From positions 1 to 17,742 of the forward strand of contig JAWALG010000025.1 of assembly GCA_038886995.1 (NCBI GenBank): DNA of 17,742 nucleotides, in the 5' to 3' direction. The position numbers were made by a program, and so were the translations under genes. Positions 7,371-16,602 of this stretch are shown here, piece by piece. The notes under the pieces are model-generated. The model made no database searches and was not told the origin of the DNA. It was given only the letters and a program-made list of their open reading frames with translations. The stretch comes from Candidatus Iainarchaeum sp. (GTDB lineage: Archaea > Iainarchaeota > Iainarchaeia > Iainarchaeales > DTGL01). The first letter of the stretch is position 1; every line of letters begins with the position of its first letter.

Positions 7371-8642
7371 TTATGCTGCTTTTGGTGTAACTTTTACAAC
7401 TATTCCGGCAGCAACTGTCTGGCCCATGTCCCTTATTGCGAACCTTCCTAGCTGTGGGAACTTGCTGTATTCTTCCACAACCACTGGCTTAAGCGGCTTA
7501 ACCTTAACTATTGCAGCATCCCCCGTCTTTATGAACTTGGGGTTTTCCTCGAGAACTTGGCCTGTTTTTGGGTCAAGCTTCTTTTGTATCTCGATTATCC
7601 TACAAGAAAGCTGTGCTGTGTGGATGTGGAACACAGGAGTATAGTTAACAGGTATCGCTGTTGGGTGGTTCAAAACCACAATCTGAGCTATGAATTCTTC
7701 TGCTACTGTTGGTGGATTTGTAGTGTGCCCGACAACATCGCCTTTTTTGATATCCTCTTTTCCGAGGCCTCTTATGTTAAAGCCAATATTGTCACCAGGA
7801 ACTGCTTGAGGAAGCGCCTGGTGATGCATTTCTATGGACTTGACATCACCCACTTTGCCTCCGGGCATAACTATTACCTTATCGTTTGGCTTAAGTATTC
7901 CTGTTTCAACCTTGCCGACAGGAACTGTACCTATGCCTTTAATTGTATAAACATCTTGAACAGGTATCCTCAACGGCTTGTCTGTAGGCAACGGTGGTGC
8001 CTCTAAAGAGTCAAGTATATCAATAAGCTGTGGGCCATTCCACCAATCTAGGGCGCCTTTGCCTTTCACTAAGTTATCCCCTTTCCAAGCTGATATTGGA
8101 ACAAATTTAAGCTGCTCTGGCTTGTAGCCAATTGTTGTTAGCAGCTTCTGCATTTCTTTCTGCAATTGCTCGTATTTGCCTTTATCATAGTTAACTTCAT
8201 CCATCTTATTTATTGCAACAACCATCTGTTTTATTCCCATTACTTGTGATAGGAATGCGTGCTCCTTTGTCTGTGGCTGTATTCCCTCTTTTGCTGATAC
8301 CACGAGCACAGCAGCATCAGCTTGGCTTGTACCAGTTATCATGTTTTTTACAAAGTCCTTATGCCCTGGAGCATCGATTATTGTAAATGAGTTCTTTTTG
8401 CCTTCGAATTTCTTATAGGCAAGATCAATCGTTACTCCGCGCTTTCTTTCTTCCTTTAGGCGGTCCATCACGAAAGCGAATACAAAAGACGCTTTACCAA
8501 GCTCTTTTGCTTCAGCTTCAATTTTCCTCAGATCCTGTTCGCTGACCGCTCCAGAGTCATACAATAAGCGACCAACAGTTGTAGATTTTCCGTGGTCTAC
8601 ATGTCCTATAAATATTAGGTTTATGTGTTTTTTCTCAGCCAT
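7371..8642 (-). CDS. tuf: Translation elongation factor EF-1alpha
   Basis: Motifs [28 protein letters not shown] and [15 protein letters not shown]. The SD GGAGGT (8649-8654) lies 6 nt from the ATG at 8642, favouring that start over 8648. Confidence 0.98.
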   Translation of the reverse strand: MAEKKHINLIFIGHVDHGKSTTVGRLLYDSGAVSEQDLRKIEAEAKELGKASFVFAFVMDRLKEERKRGVTIDLAYKKFEGKKNSFTIIDAPGHKDFVKNMITGTSQADAAVLVVSAKEGIQPQTKEHAFLSQVMGIKQMVVAINKMDEVNYDKGKYEQLQKEMQKLLTTIGYKPEQLKFVPISAWKGDNLVKGKGALDWWNGPQLIDILDSLEAPPLPTDKPLRIPVQDVYTIKGIGTVPVGKVETGILKPNDKVIVMPGGKVGDVKSIEMHHQALPQAVPGDNIGFNIRGLGKEDIKKGDVVGHTTNPPTVAEEFIAQIVVLNHPTAIPVNYTPVFHIHTAQLSCRIIEIQKKLDPKTGQVLEENPKFIKTGDAAIVKVKPLKPVVVEEYSKFPQLGRFAIRDMGQTVAAGIVVKVTPKAA

Positions 8643-8704
8643 ATCCATACCTCCAAATAACCATAAAAATTACAAATTTTGCAATAAACTATATAGTTAC
8701 ACCA

Positions 8705-8723
8705 TTAAATTTAAATATTATAA
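8705..8723 (-). promoter_or_regulatory. Putative internal promoter (TATA box) for tuf
   Basis: The AT-rich fusA-tuf gap of about 110 nt is the largest in the operon. Its minus strand reads TTATAATATTTAAATTTAA. Confidence 0.45.
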
Positions 8724-8756
8724 CCTTGACAATTGCCTTTGGCTAAGCAGTTCCTA

Positions 8757-10946
8757 TCAGCTAAGGAAATACTCTGCTGGCTTCGGCTCTGGCTCCAGGC
8801 CTTTTCTTGTGCGCAACTCCTTTATGATATCTTTCTGCATGTTTTCAGGCAAGGCTTTATAGTCGTAAAATTCAGCAGTCCATATAGCTTTTCCTTGCGT
8901 TACAGACCTTATTGCTGAACTAAAGCCAATAAGCTCTTTTACAGGTGCAATTGCTATTATTATTGTTAAGTCGCCCTCTGTTCGCATTTCTTCAATAGTA
9001 GTTCTCCTCTGTTGAAGCTCTTTCAGCACAGCACCCATATATTCTTGTGGTATATTTATGAATAACCTCTGTCTTGGCTCCAGAAGCAACGGTTTCGAGC
9101 TTAACATACAGGCAAATATTGTCCTTGTTATTGCTGGCAAAACTTGTGCCGGCCCTCTGTGTATTGCGTCTTCGTGCAGGCGTGCATCAATTAAGCGAAC
9201 TATCAGACCTAAGCATTTTTCCTTTGCCAGAGGGCCTTCATTTATTGCGTCAACAAAGCCCTGACAAACAAGCTCCTGTATTTCTTGTATTGCTTCTATT
9301 CCTCGCGTATTGTCTATAAGTAAGCAATTGTTATGTATCCACCAAACCTTTTTTGCTTCGTCTGAGCTCAGGCCTATGCTTTCAAGCTTAGCAATCTTAT
9401 CAGTATCCTTTTTCCTTATCTTGCCTTCAAGCTTCGCTTCTATGAGTTTTTCAAGCATTTCTTCACTCATTGGCTCAACAACCATTGTAAAATCATTGTG
9501 CTTGTTTGGGCTTCTTCCTGTAAGCTCACGGCTTTTAGCCCTTATTGTTTCCCTATAAACAACAATTGGGTTGCTCATTTCAACAGGTATTCCATTGTCA
9601 ACTTCAATCCTGTATTTTGTAACTTCTAAATGAAGTTCCCCCATACCGCTTATCAGATGTTCACCTGTTTCTTGGTTTATATTAACAACAACGTTTGGGT
9701 CTTCCTTTGTTATCTTTTTCAGGACCTCTATAAGTTTTGGTAAGTCAGTGGTTTTTTTAACCTCAACACTTACAGTTATCACAGGTTCAAAAGAGCTCTT
9801 GAATGATTCAAAGGGCTGAATCTCAGCAGTGCTAACAGTTTCACCAACCCTAACATCTTTCATGCCAACTATTGCGCCGATATTACCAGCAGGCACAAAA
9901 TCTATGTTCACTCTCTCAGGCCCCATGAAGAGGCAAACCTGCTGAACATTTGAGTCCCTTTTTCCGTCAATCTTAACCTTGAGACCAGGTTTTAGCTTCC
10001 CAGAAAATATCCTGCCTGTTGCGATTTCCCCAGCGTGAGGATCAATCGTTACATCAGTTATCATCATTGCTAACGGACCATTTTCATCGCAATTAAGCAT
10101 TGCTTTTCCGCTTTCGCTTTCAAGATCTCCGCTCCAGATAGTAGGTATTCTATACTTTTGAGCATCCACGGGGCTAGGCAAATGCCTTATGACCATCTCC
10201 ATAACAGTTCTATAAAGAGGGCTCTTCTTTGAGAGCTCATCTTGTGTACCTTCTTTACAGTGAGTGAAAACTTCCTTAAAGCCAATGCCAGTTCTTTTCA
10301 TGTTAGGCACAGAAACAGCCCATTTCTGCAACGCGGAGCCAAAAGAAACGCTGCCATCTTCAACTTTAACCTGCCACTTTTCTTTGAACTGTTCTGCAGC
10401 AAATTTTTTTATCAATGTGTTGACTTTTGCAATAACCTTTACAAGTCGCTCTTGCATCTCCTTTTCATCAACCTTGAGCTCGTTTATTAATCGATCTACT
10501 TTGTTTATGAACAAAACCGGCCTGCAATTTTCGCGTAGTGCTTGCCTAAGCACAGTTTCAGTTTGTGGCATTACTCCTTCTACGGCGTCAACAACCACAA
10601 TTACACCATCGACTGCACGCATAGCCCTTATTACTTCACCACCGAAGTCAACATGGCCCGGCGTGTCTATAAGGTTTACTAGGTAACCTTCATCTCCATA
10701 CTTGTATACAAGGGATATATTTGCCGCGTTTATAGTTATGCCACGCTGCTGCTCTAGTTCATAGAAGTCCATAACCAGCTGCTGACCTGCAAGTTCTTCG
10801 CTCATTAGGCCAACCGCAGCAATTAGTGAATCACTCATTGTAGTTTTTCCGTGGTCAATGTGGGCTATAATACCCATATTCCTTATGTTGCTTTTGTTTA
10901 GCATCATCTGCTGTGCAAGTTTTACCATTTCTTCACGTCTTCCCAA
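8757..10946 (-). CDS. fusA: Translation elongation factor EF-2
   Basis: 729 aa with AHIDHGKT, RGITI, DTPGHVDF, NKVD, GMGELHLE and the diphthamide loop HEDAIHRGPAQ (His intact). TTG start preceded by the SD GGTGGTGA. Confidence 0.98.
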   Translation of the reverse strand: MGRREEMVKLAQQMMLNKSNIRNMGIIAHIDHGKTTMSDSLIAAVGLMSEELAGQQLVMDFYELEQQRGITINAANISLVYKYGDEGYLVNLIDTPGHVDFGGEVIRAMRAVDGVIVVVDAVEGVMPQTETVLRQALRENCRPVLFINKVDRLINELKVDEKEMQERLVKVIAKVNTLIKKFAAEQFKEKWQVKVEDGSVSFGSALQKWAVSVPNMKRTGIGFKEVFTHCKEGTQDELSKKSPLYRTVMEMVIRHLPSPVDAQKYRIPTIWSGDLESESGKAMLNCDENGPLAMMITDVTIDPHAGEIATGRIFSGKLKPGLKVKIDGKRDSNVQQVCLFMGPERVNIDFVPAGNIGAIVGMKDVRVGETVSTAEIQPFESFKSSFEPVITVSVEVKKTTDLPKLIEVLKKITKEDPNVVVNINQETGEHLISGMGELHLEVTKYRIEVDNGIPVEMSNPIVVYRETIRAKSRELTGRSPNKHNDFTMVVEPMSEEMLEKLIEAKLEGKIRKKDTDKIAKLESIGLSSDEAKKVWWIHNNCLLIDNTRGIEAIQEIQELVCQGFVDAINEGPLAKEKCLGLIVRLIDARLHEDAIHRGPAQVLPAITRTIFACMLSSKPLLLEPRQRLFINIPQEYMGAVLKELQQRRTTIEEMRTEGDLTIIIAIAPVKELIGFSSAIRSVTQGKAIWTAEFYDYKALPENMQKDIIKELRTRKGLEPEPKPAEYFLS

Positions 10947-10961
10947 CTAAATCACCACCAG

Positions 10962-11564
10962 TTACCTGCTGCTTGCAGCTATTCTTTCAATCTCGTTTCT
11001 GCGCTTTATTGCGTAACTCTTAACATCTCCTTGTCCAGCAAGCACAATTTCTTCAGCAAGAGCTTCTGCTGCACTTTTCTTAGACCTGTATGAATTAGCA
11101 AATCCAGCAATAGCAATATTTTTTAGAGCTTCATCTAGGCGCCTCATGGGCGCAACATCGACGCTTTGCGAGTATATAAGGCCACCTTTTCTGAACCTTG
11201 TAACATCTTCCCTGGGCGCAGAATTCTCAACGGCTCTTATAAGCACTTCAACAGGGTTGCTGGATGTTTTTTTCTCAACAATCTCAAGTGCTTCTTCCAC
11301 TATTTTCATTGCCTTGAGCTTTTTTCCTGTTGCACCTCGGCCTCTTATAAACTTGCCGCTTAATTTCCTTTTTCCTTGGCCACTTCTCATTATTTTGTCA
11401 ATTAACCTTTCAACTATGAAAATCTTTGCTTTTCCGAATTTTTTCCTTGAGCCAAGGCCAAATGAATGTGGAATTATCTTTGCTTCTTTAGTTATGTAAT
11501 CAGCCAAACCGATGTCTTTAATGACTATATTGTCTGACTCCCAGCGATCAAATACTTTTGCCAT
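10962..11564 (-). CDS. rpsG: 30S ribosomal protein S7 (uS7)
   Basis: Motifs IVERLI, GKKLKA, NP-x-x-VL-x-x-AVENSAPRE, VDVAP-x-RR-x-D and E-x-ERIA-x-SSR. GAGGT SD. Confidence 0.97.
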   Translation of the reverse strand: MAKVFDRWESDNIVIKDIGLADYITKEAKIIPHSFGLGSRKKFGKAKIFIVERLIDKIMRSGQGKRKLSGKFIRGRGATGKKLKAMKIVEEALEIVEKKTSSNPVEVLIRAVENSAPREDVTRFRKGGLIYSQSVDVAPMRRLDEALKNIAIAGFANSYRSKKSAAEALAEEIVLAGQGDVKSYAIKRRNEIERIAASSR

Positions 11565-11568
11565 GTAA

Positions 11569-12000
11569 TTACCTCTTTATTTTTTCCTTTCTGCCTGTTC
11601 TCAACATCTCTAAGCTTTGGTTATTAACAGTAATGACCTTATATTTAACACCCCAAAGGTCTCCTTTAGCACCATGTTTTCTGCCCCCAAGACCTTCAAT
11701 CAAAACCTCATCGTGTTCATCAATATATTTTATTGCACCATCTCTCGGTGCAAAAGCAGTTACCTGCCTTCCATTTTTTATTAGTTGTACACGCACACAT
11801 TTTCTTATAGCTGAGTTCGGTTGCCTCGCCTCAACGCCGCGCTTTTCGAGAACTATTGCACGGCCCTGTGGTGCACCTTCAAGCGGATCTGTTAATTTCC
11901 CAAATTTTCTGAGCATTCTCTTCTTGTATTTAGCCTGCTTCCATCTCCACCTTTTCCTCTTTTTTTCGAGCTTCCTTGCTGCAAATTCCCCTGTTGCCAT
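11569..12000 (-). CDS. rpsL: 30S ribosomal protein S12 (uS12)
   Basis: G-x-[31 protein letters not shown] and DEHDEV. GGTGA SD. Confidence 0.98.
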   Translation of the reverse strand: MATGEFAARKLEKKRKRWRWKQAKYKKRMLRKFGKLTDPLEGAPQGRAIVLEKRGVEARQPNSAIRKCVRVQLIKNGRQVTAFAPRDGAIKYIDEHDEVLIEGLGGRKHGAKGDLWGVKYKVITVNNQSLEMLRTGRKEKIKR

Positions 12001-12008
12001 AATTTCAC

Positions 12009-12407
12009 CTAAAACCTAAATTCTTCAATGTTGTAATCCCTTTCAGCAAAAGCTTTTATTCTTTTAAATCTTGACATATTTTCCATAAACTTTCTCCTTT
12101 CGTCACTTGAAAGTTTCGCAAACAAACTTTTGCCATTTCTTTCTATTGAACTAAAATTTATGCCCGGAAAAGCATTTATTATGAAATCTTCAACTTTTTC
12201 ATGCATTGCAAATACCTCTACCTTTTTTCCAAAATGCTTTGAAAGTACTTTCACTTTAGAGCCATTTGAGCCAATCGCTTTACCAACGTCTTCTGGTTTT
12301 ACTAGGAAAGCAACAACTTTATCGTCCACTACACAATCCTTGACTGGAACCCCAGTAAAAGAATCGAATTTACTCATGTAAAAAATTTCTTGCTGCGTCA
12401 ACTTCAT
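12009..12407 (-). CDS. nusA: Archaeal NusA (KH-domain transcription factor)
   Basis: MKLT-x-x-EI-x-Y, DC and G-x-AIG-x-x-G in KH1, in the conserved position between L30e and S12. Start is probably the ATG at 12407 (ORF track 12419). Confidence 0.88.
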   Translation of the reverse strand: MKLTQQEIFYMSKFDSFTGVPVKDCVVDDKVVAFLVKPEDVGKAIGSNGSKVKVLSKHFGKKVEVFAMHEKVEDFIINAFPGINFSSIERNGKSLFAKLSSDERRKFMENMSRFKRIKAFAERDYNIEEFRF

Positions 12408-12457
12408 TACTGAACACACACCTGTTACTAAGCTGCAAATGGCAATCAGTGAAAAAC

Positions 12458-12793
12458 TTACTTTGCATTTGCCTGCTTTTTCTTACTTTTTTCACCTCTT
12501 TTATGTATCTCGACAATTTTGCTCTTACCTTCCTCCAGAACTAACATCGTTGACACAGTGTGTGGTCTGCCACATATTGCGCCAAGCTCTGCCGGGCTTC
12601 CTTCAAACTGCATAAAAGGAATTCCAGCAACATTAGCAATATGCTTTAACTTTTCTATTTTTTTATTTTCAAATTGTTTGCTTACTATTAATAATCTTCC
12701 AATACCTTTTAAAACATTTTTTTCACATTCACGATAGCCAATAAGCACTTTTCCAGAATCTACAGCTCGCCTTATTTCTACACCGACATCCAT
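12458..12793 (-). CDS. rpl30e: 50S ribosomal protein L30e (eL30)
   Basis: AVDSGKV-x-IG, ELG-x-x-CGRP and GKS-x-I, in the conserved position after rpoA. GGTGG SD. Confidence 0.93.
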   Translation of the reverse strand: MDVGVEIRRAVDSGKVLIGYRECEKNVLKGIGRLLIVSKQFENKKIEKLKHIANVAGIPFMQFEGSPAELGAICGRPHTVSTMLVLEEGKSKIVEIHKRGEKSKKKQANAK

Positions 12794-12803
12794 GCAAAAC
12801 CAC

Positions 12804-15800
12804 CTACTCCTTCATCACAAGTTCAACTTTTCCTGAGCCAACCTTTACGGGCAGGCCAACAATTATGTTTTCCACTATGCCTCTGAGCGGCTCATTTTCA
12901 CCATAGAGTGTTGCATCAAACAGATGCTTAACCGTTTCCTCAAACGCGGCTTTTGCAAACGGAGAGCTTTTAAGCCGCATGACTCCTGTTCTGACTGTGC
13001 CTTTTATCTCACCGGTAAATGTGAGCAGGTCTGCAAGCAGCAGTAGGTGCCTAATGTCCACCTTGATATTGTTTTCTTTTAGTACTCTATGCAACTCATT
13101 AGCAATTGCGGTTCTACTCGCCTCAATTCCCAATACTTTTGCTATTTCTACGATGTCATTAGTAATTGTTCTGTATTGGTCTACCTCAGGCCTCTTCATT
13201 ATCGCTTTTAAGTTAGTGCCTAGCGTTTTAACGATAAACTCACCATTTTCTTCAACTACTATCGTTTTTTCAATTCCAGGTATGCCTTGAAGCCTCTTTC
13301 TCATTATTTTAAGCACTTCACTTCTTATTTTTAGGTATGAAAGGCGCAAACCTTCAAAAGAAACAACTAGTTTGTCACCACGTTTCGAGACCTTGCCCTT
13401 CTTTATAGCTTCTTTTATTTTTTCAAGAAGTGTTTCTTTGTCAAGGTTCCTTTCCTTGACCCATTCTTCAACAATTTCTATCTCTGCAATTTCTTTTTCA
13501 AGATTTTCTTTGACCTTCGCAATGTCCTGAACCTTTACTTCAATTATATCTCTTGCAAACTCTTCTACCTTCTTTTTGTTGCCCCTTATGGATTCATTCA
13601 AGTGTATTGTCATGCTTGAGTATTTTGTCTTGCTGCGACCATCCACGACTTCTTCAATCCTTTGTATTCCTGATCCAACACTTACTTCAGCAGCACCCGC
13701 ATAATGCTTTGTTCTTAGTGTTAGTTGTGTGCCCGGCTCCCCCATCGATTGCGCAGCAATAATGCCAACAGCTTCACATGGTTCTACAGCCGCCATTTCG
13801 TAACGCATCTTTATCTTTTCAATGAGTTCTTTTGAAGCTTCTTCATTTAGCTTATTTTCCACTATTGTTTCTAGGACCTCAATCCATGCCTTTTCAGGCA
13901 AGTTGCCTCTAAGAGAAGCAAACTTTTCATTAAGCATTTCAACTGAGAGCTCAGCCCTTGTTGTCTTCTCTGCTTTATTGTCTTTAAGGATCTCGTAAAC
14001 AACCTCTTTTACATCTACAACCTTGCCCAAGCGAGTGTTTTTCGGGAATACGCCGTCATCGCCATAAGTAAATTGGACAATCTGGTTAGAACTTGTCCTT
14101 ACTGTGCAGTCATAGTCCACAACTAAGTCCTTTAATGAATTCGCAAGGCGCCTGTAAAGGTAGCCAGAAACCTTTGTGCTTACGCCAGTGTCAACCTCAC
14201 CTTGTCTTCCGCCTATGGAATGGAAGAAGTATTCCTCAGCATCCATTCCTTTCAGGAAGTTTTGAGTTATAAAGCCCCTGGCCTTTATGCCTTGGTCACC
14301 TTCGTTCTCAAGTGAAAGGACTCTGTTTCGGTAACCGCGCTTAGGTCTTCCTTCCCTAACCGAAGCCTGACCCCAAAAGCCACTTATATTCACAAGGTTT
14401 ATGCTACCGCCCCTTGAACCGGAGATTATCATGACTATTGAGTTGTATTTCGGCTTTTCAAGCATATCCTCTACTTTCTCCTTAAGTATAAGTGATTCTA
14501 TCTTCTGTTTTGCCTCAGCAGTTGTTCTCATCATGTAAATTTCAAAGCTCTCCTCAAAGTTTCTGCCAGGTATAAGCTGCAAGGTCTTATCTCTATACTT
14601 TTTCACAATTTGCTCGCCCTTTTGCATGCACTCCTTTATCGCAGCGTCCATAGCTGATTTTATGCTGTTGCTGACTTCGTATTCTTCAAGGCCTACGCTC
14701 ATACCTTTTGTGGTTATAATATCAGCATATATCCTGCTAAACCTATCATAAAATTCGCGTAGCACCTCTGGTGGATATCTTCTTGCAAGGGCGTCTACAA
14801 GCACACCTTTAACTTCACCCAAAGAATTTTGGTCAATGACTCCTTTTTCCAAAATGCCGTTTTTTATAGTAACACAAAAAGGGCAATCCAAGCCCTTGCA
14901 TTTGTAGTTGGGTGATGTTTTGCTAAGAATCTCACACATTCTTGACTTGTAGTGTAAGTTTAAGTCCTTAGGCAATAATTGGCTAAATATTAGTTTCCCG
15001 GAATACTTATCTCCGCGGTCCGGTTTCGGTGGTTCAGTTATTCCCATCTCATAGAAATACTGGTACGCTTTGTCTGCATCAAATTCAGTTTGGTCCATGG
15101 TAAGTATAAAAGCTCCGCTTATTCCATCTTCTTCAAGGACTATTATTGGCCCACCATGCCTTGGGCTTATCACATGCTTCTCCGCAAGCATTAGTTCCCT
15201 TGCCTCTGCCTGTCCTTCCGGTGTTTGTGGAACATGAAGGTTCATTTCGTCTCCATCAAAGTCAGCATTGTAAGGTTTGCATATTATGGGATTCATCCTA
15301 AGGGTTTTTCCTGGAACAATCCTTGCAAAGTGTGCCATCATAGAAATTCTATGAAGTGATGGCTGCCTATTAAAAAGAACGATGTCGCCGTTCTGCAAAA
15401 TTCTTTCCACTACATAGCCAACATCAATTTCTTTGCTTATCTCTTGCCTGTTTTCTTCCAAAACCCTTTTTCTAAGCCCGTCAGGTCTGGTTACTGAGAA
15501 TACCTTGCCGTCTTTTATTAGTTCCCTGATTGTTGAGATATTCCATGAAGTCACACTTTCTTGCACTGTTAGTTCCTTGGCAATCTGCTCTGAGACACCC
15601 ACCTCGTTTACTGAAATGTACGGATCCGGAGTTATTGTTGATCTCGCAGCAAAGTTTACCCTTTTTCCTGTGAGGTTATACCTGAAACGCCCTTTCTTGC
15701 CCTTGAGCCTATCGCTCAATGCTTGTAGAGGTCTGCCTGAGCGGTGCTTTGTTGGCGATACGCCTGCTGTTTGGTTGTCAAAGTAAGTTGTTACATGATA

Positions 15801-16586
15801 CTGCAATAAGTCCCACAGGTCTTCAATTATTAATTGTGGTGCCCCAGCTTCAATATTCTCTCGCAGCCTATCATTTATCCTTATTATTTCAGCGAGCTTG
15901 TGTGTTAAGTCATCCTCTGATTTAAGGCCACTTTCAAGTGTTATTGACGGTCTTATATTTATTGGAGGCACCGCAAGCACAGTAATGACAAACCACTCTG
16001 GTCTGACATGTTCCGGGTTAAGGCCGAAATGCTTTAAGTCCTCGCTTCTGACTTTCTCAAGCCACTCTCTTATCTCTGTTGGATATACCCTTCTTGGTGG
16101 ATTTCCATCAAAGAAAAAGTTGGTTGGCCTGTCAACTATTATTTTTGCCCTGCTGGTGTTGCAATGTGGACACTTTGAAACCTTTTTTGTCTTTGCCTTA
16201 ATCTTTTTGTATCTCTCTTCCCAGCTTTTGCTATATTCCTTTTCTAAATTCGCTAAAATGTCATCGTTCAGGAGTATGCGCCCACAGTTGCTACAAGTTA
16301 CTTCAAGTATCTCTTCGATCTTTCTGGCAAATTTAACATGTATTACCGGCCTTACAAGTTCAAGAGAGCCAAAATGCCCAGGACAATGTTTCATTGTTTG
16401 GCCGCATGTCTTGCAACGCAACCCAGGGTTTATTACACCGAGGTGTGGGTCCATAAGCCCCTCCTCCATCGGGTAACCGTCTTTATCGTATGTCTCTGCA
16501 GTTTTTATTTCAATAGCACTCATCTTTCTTATGATTTCAGGGCTCAAGATCCTGAAATCAATGGAACCAATTTTTTTGTATAACAA
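12804..16586 (-). CDS. rpoA: DNA-directed RNA polymerase largest subunit, fused A'+A'' (Rpo1N+Rpo1C)
   Basis: One ORF holds the A' motifs (CKTC...CPGHFG, GKRVNF, NRQPSLH, catalytic NADFDGD at 15249-15269, GY-x-x-RRL) and the A'' motifs (AAQS-x-GEPGTQ, LGIEA-x-R, VDIRH, AAFEET, ENIIVG). The TTG at 16586 has GGTG at the same spacing as the neighbouring genes; the ORF track starts at 16598. Confidence 0.97.
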   Translation of the reverse strand: MLYKKIGSIDFRILSPEIIRKMSAIEIKTAETYDKDGYPMEEGLMDPHLGVINPGLRCKTCGQTMKHCPGHFGSLELVRPVIHVKFARKIEEILEVTCSNCGRILLNDDILANLEKEYSKSWEERYKKIKAKTKKVSKCPHCNTSRAKIIVDRPTNFFFDGNPPRRVYPTEIREWLEKVRSEDLKHFGLNPEHVRPEWFVITVLAVPPINIRPSITLESGLKSEDDLTHKLAEIIRINDRLRENIEAGAPQLIIEDLWDLLQYHVTTYFDNQTAGVSPTKHRSGRPLQALSDRLKGKKGRFRYNLTGKRVNFAARSTITPDPYISVNEVGVSEQIAKELTVQESVTSWNISTIRELIKDGKVFSVTRPDGLRKRVLEENRQEISKEIDVGYVVERILQNGDIVLFNRQPSLHRISMMAHFARIVPGKTLRMNPIICKPYNADFDGDEMNLHVPQTPEGQAEARELMLAEKHVISPRHGGPIIVLEEDGISGAFILTMDQTEFDADKAYQYFYEMGITEPPKPDRGDKYSGKLIFSQLLPKDLNLHYKSRMCEILSKTSPNYKCKGLDCPFCVTIKNGILEKGVIDQNSLGEVKGVLVDALARRYPPEVLREFYDRFSRIYADIITTKGMSVGLEEYEVSNSIKSAMDAAIKECMQKGEQIVKKYRDKTLQLIPGRNFEESFEIYMMRTTAEAKQKIESLILKEKVEDMLEKPKYNSIVMIISGSRGGSINLVNISGFWGQASVREGRPKRGYRNRVLSLENEGDQGIKARGFITQNFLKGMDAEEYFFHSIGGRQGEVDTGVSTKVSGYLYRRLANSLKDLVVDYDCTVRTSSNQIVQFTYGDDGVFPKNTRLGKVVDVKEVVYEILKDNKAEKTTRAELSVEMLNEKFASLRGNLPEKAWIEVLETIVENKLNEEASKELIEKIKMRYEMAAVEPCEAVGIIAAQSMGEPGTQLTLRTKHYAGAAEVSVGSGIQRIEEVVDGRSKTKYSSMTIHLNESIRGNKKKVEEFARDIIEVKVQDIAKVKENLEKEIAEIEIVEEWVKERNLDKETLLEKIKEAIKKGKVSKRGDKLVVSFEGLRLSYLKIRSEVLKIMRKRLQGIPGIEKTIVVEENGEFIVKTLGTNLKAIMKRPEVDQYRTITNDIVEIAKVLGIEASRTAIANELHRVLKENNIKVDIRHLLLLADLLTFTGEIKGTVRTGVMRLKSSPFAKAAFEETVKHLFDATLYGENEPLRGIVENIIVGLPVKVGSGKVELVMKE

Positions 16587-16602
16587 TAATACCACCATTA
16601 AA

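Noticed and set aside
9140-9180. Diphthamide-less EF-2 variant
   Set aside because: The HEDAIHRG loop with the target His is canonical.
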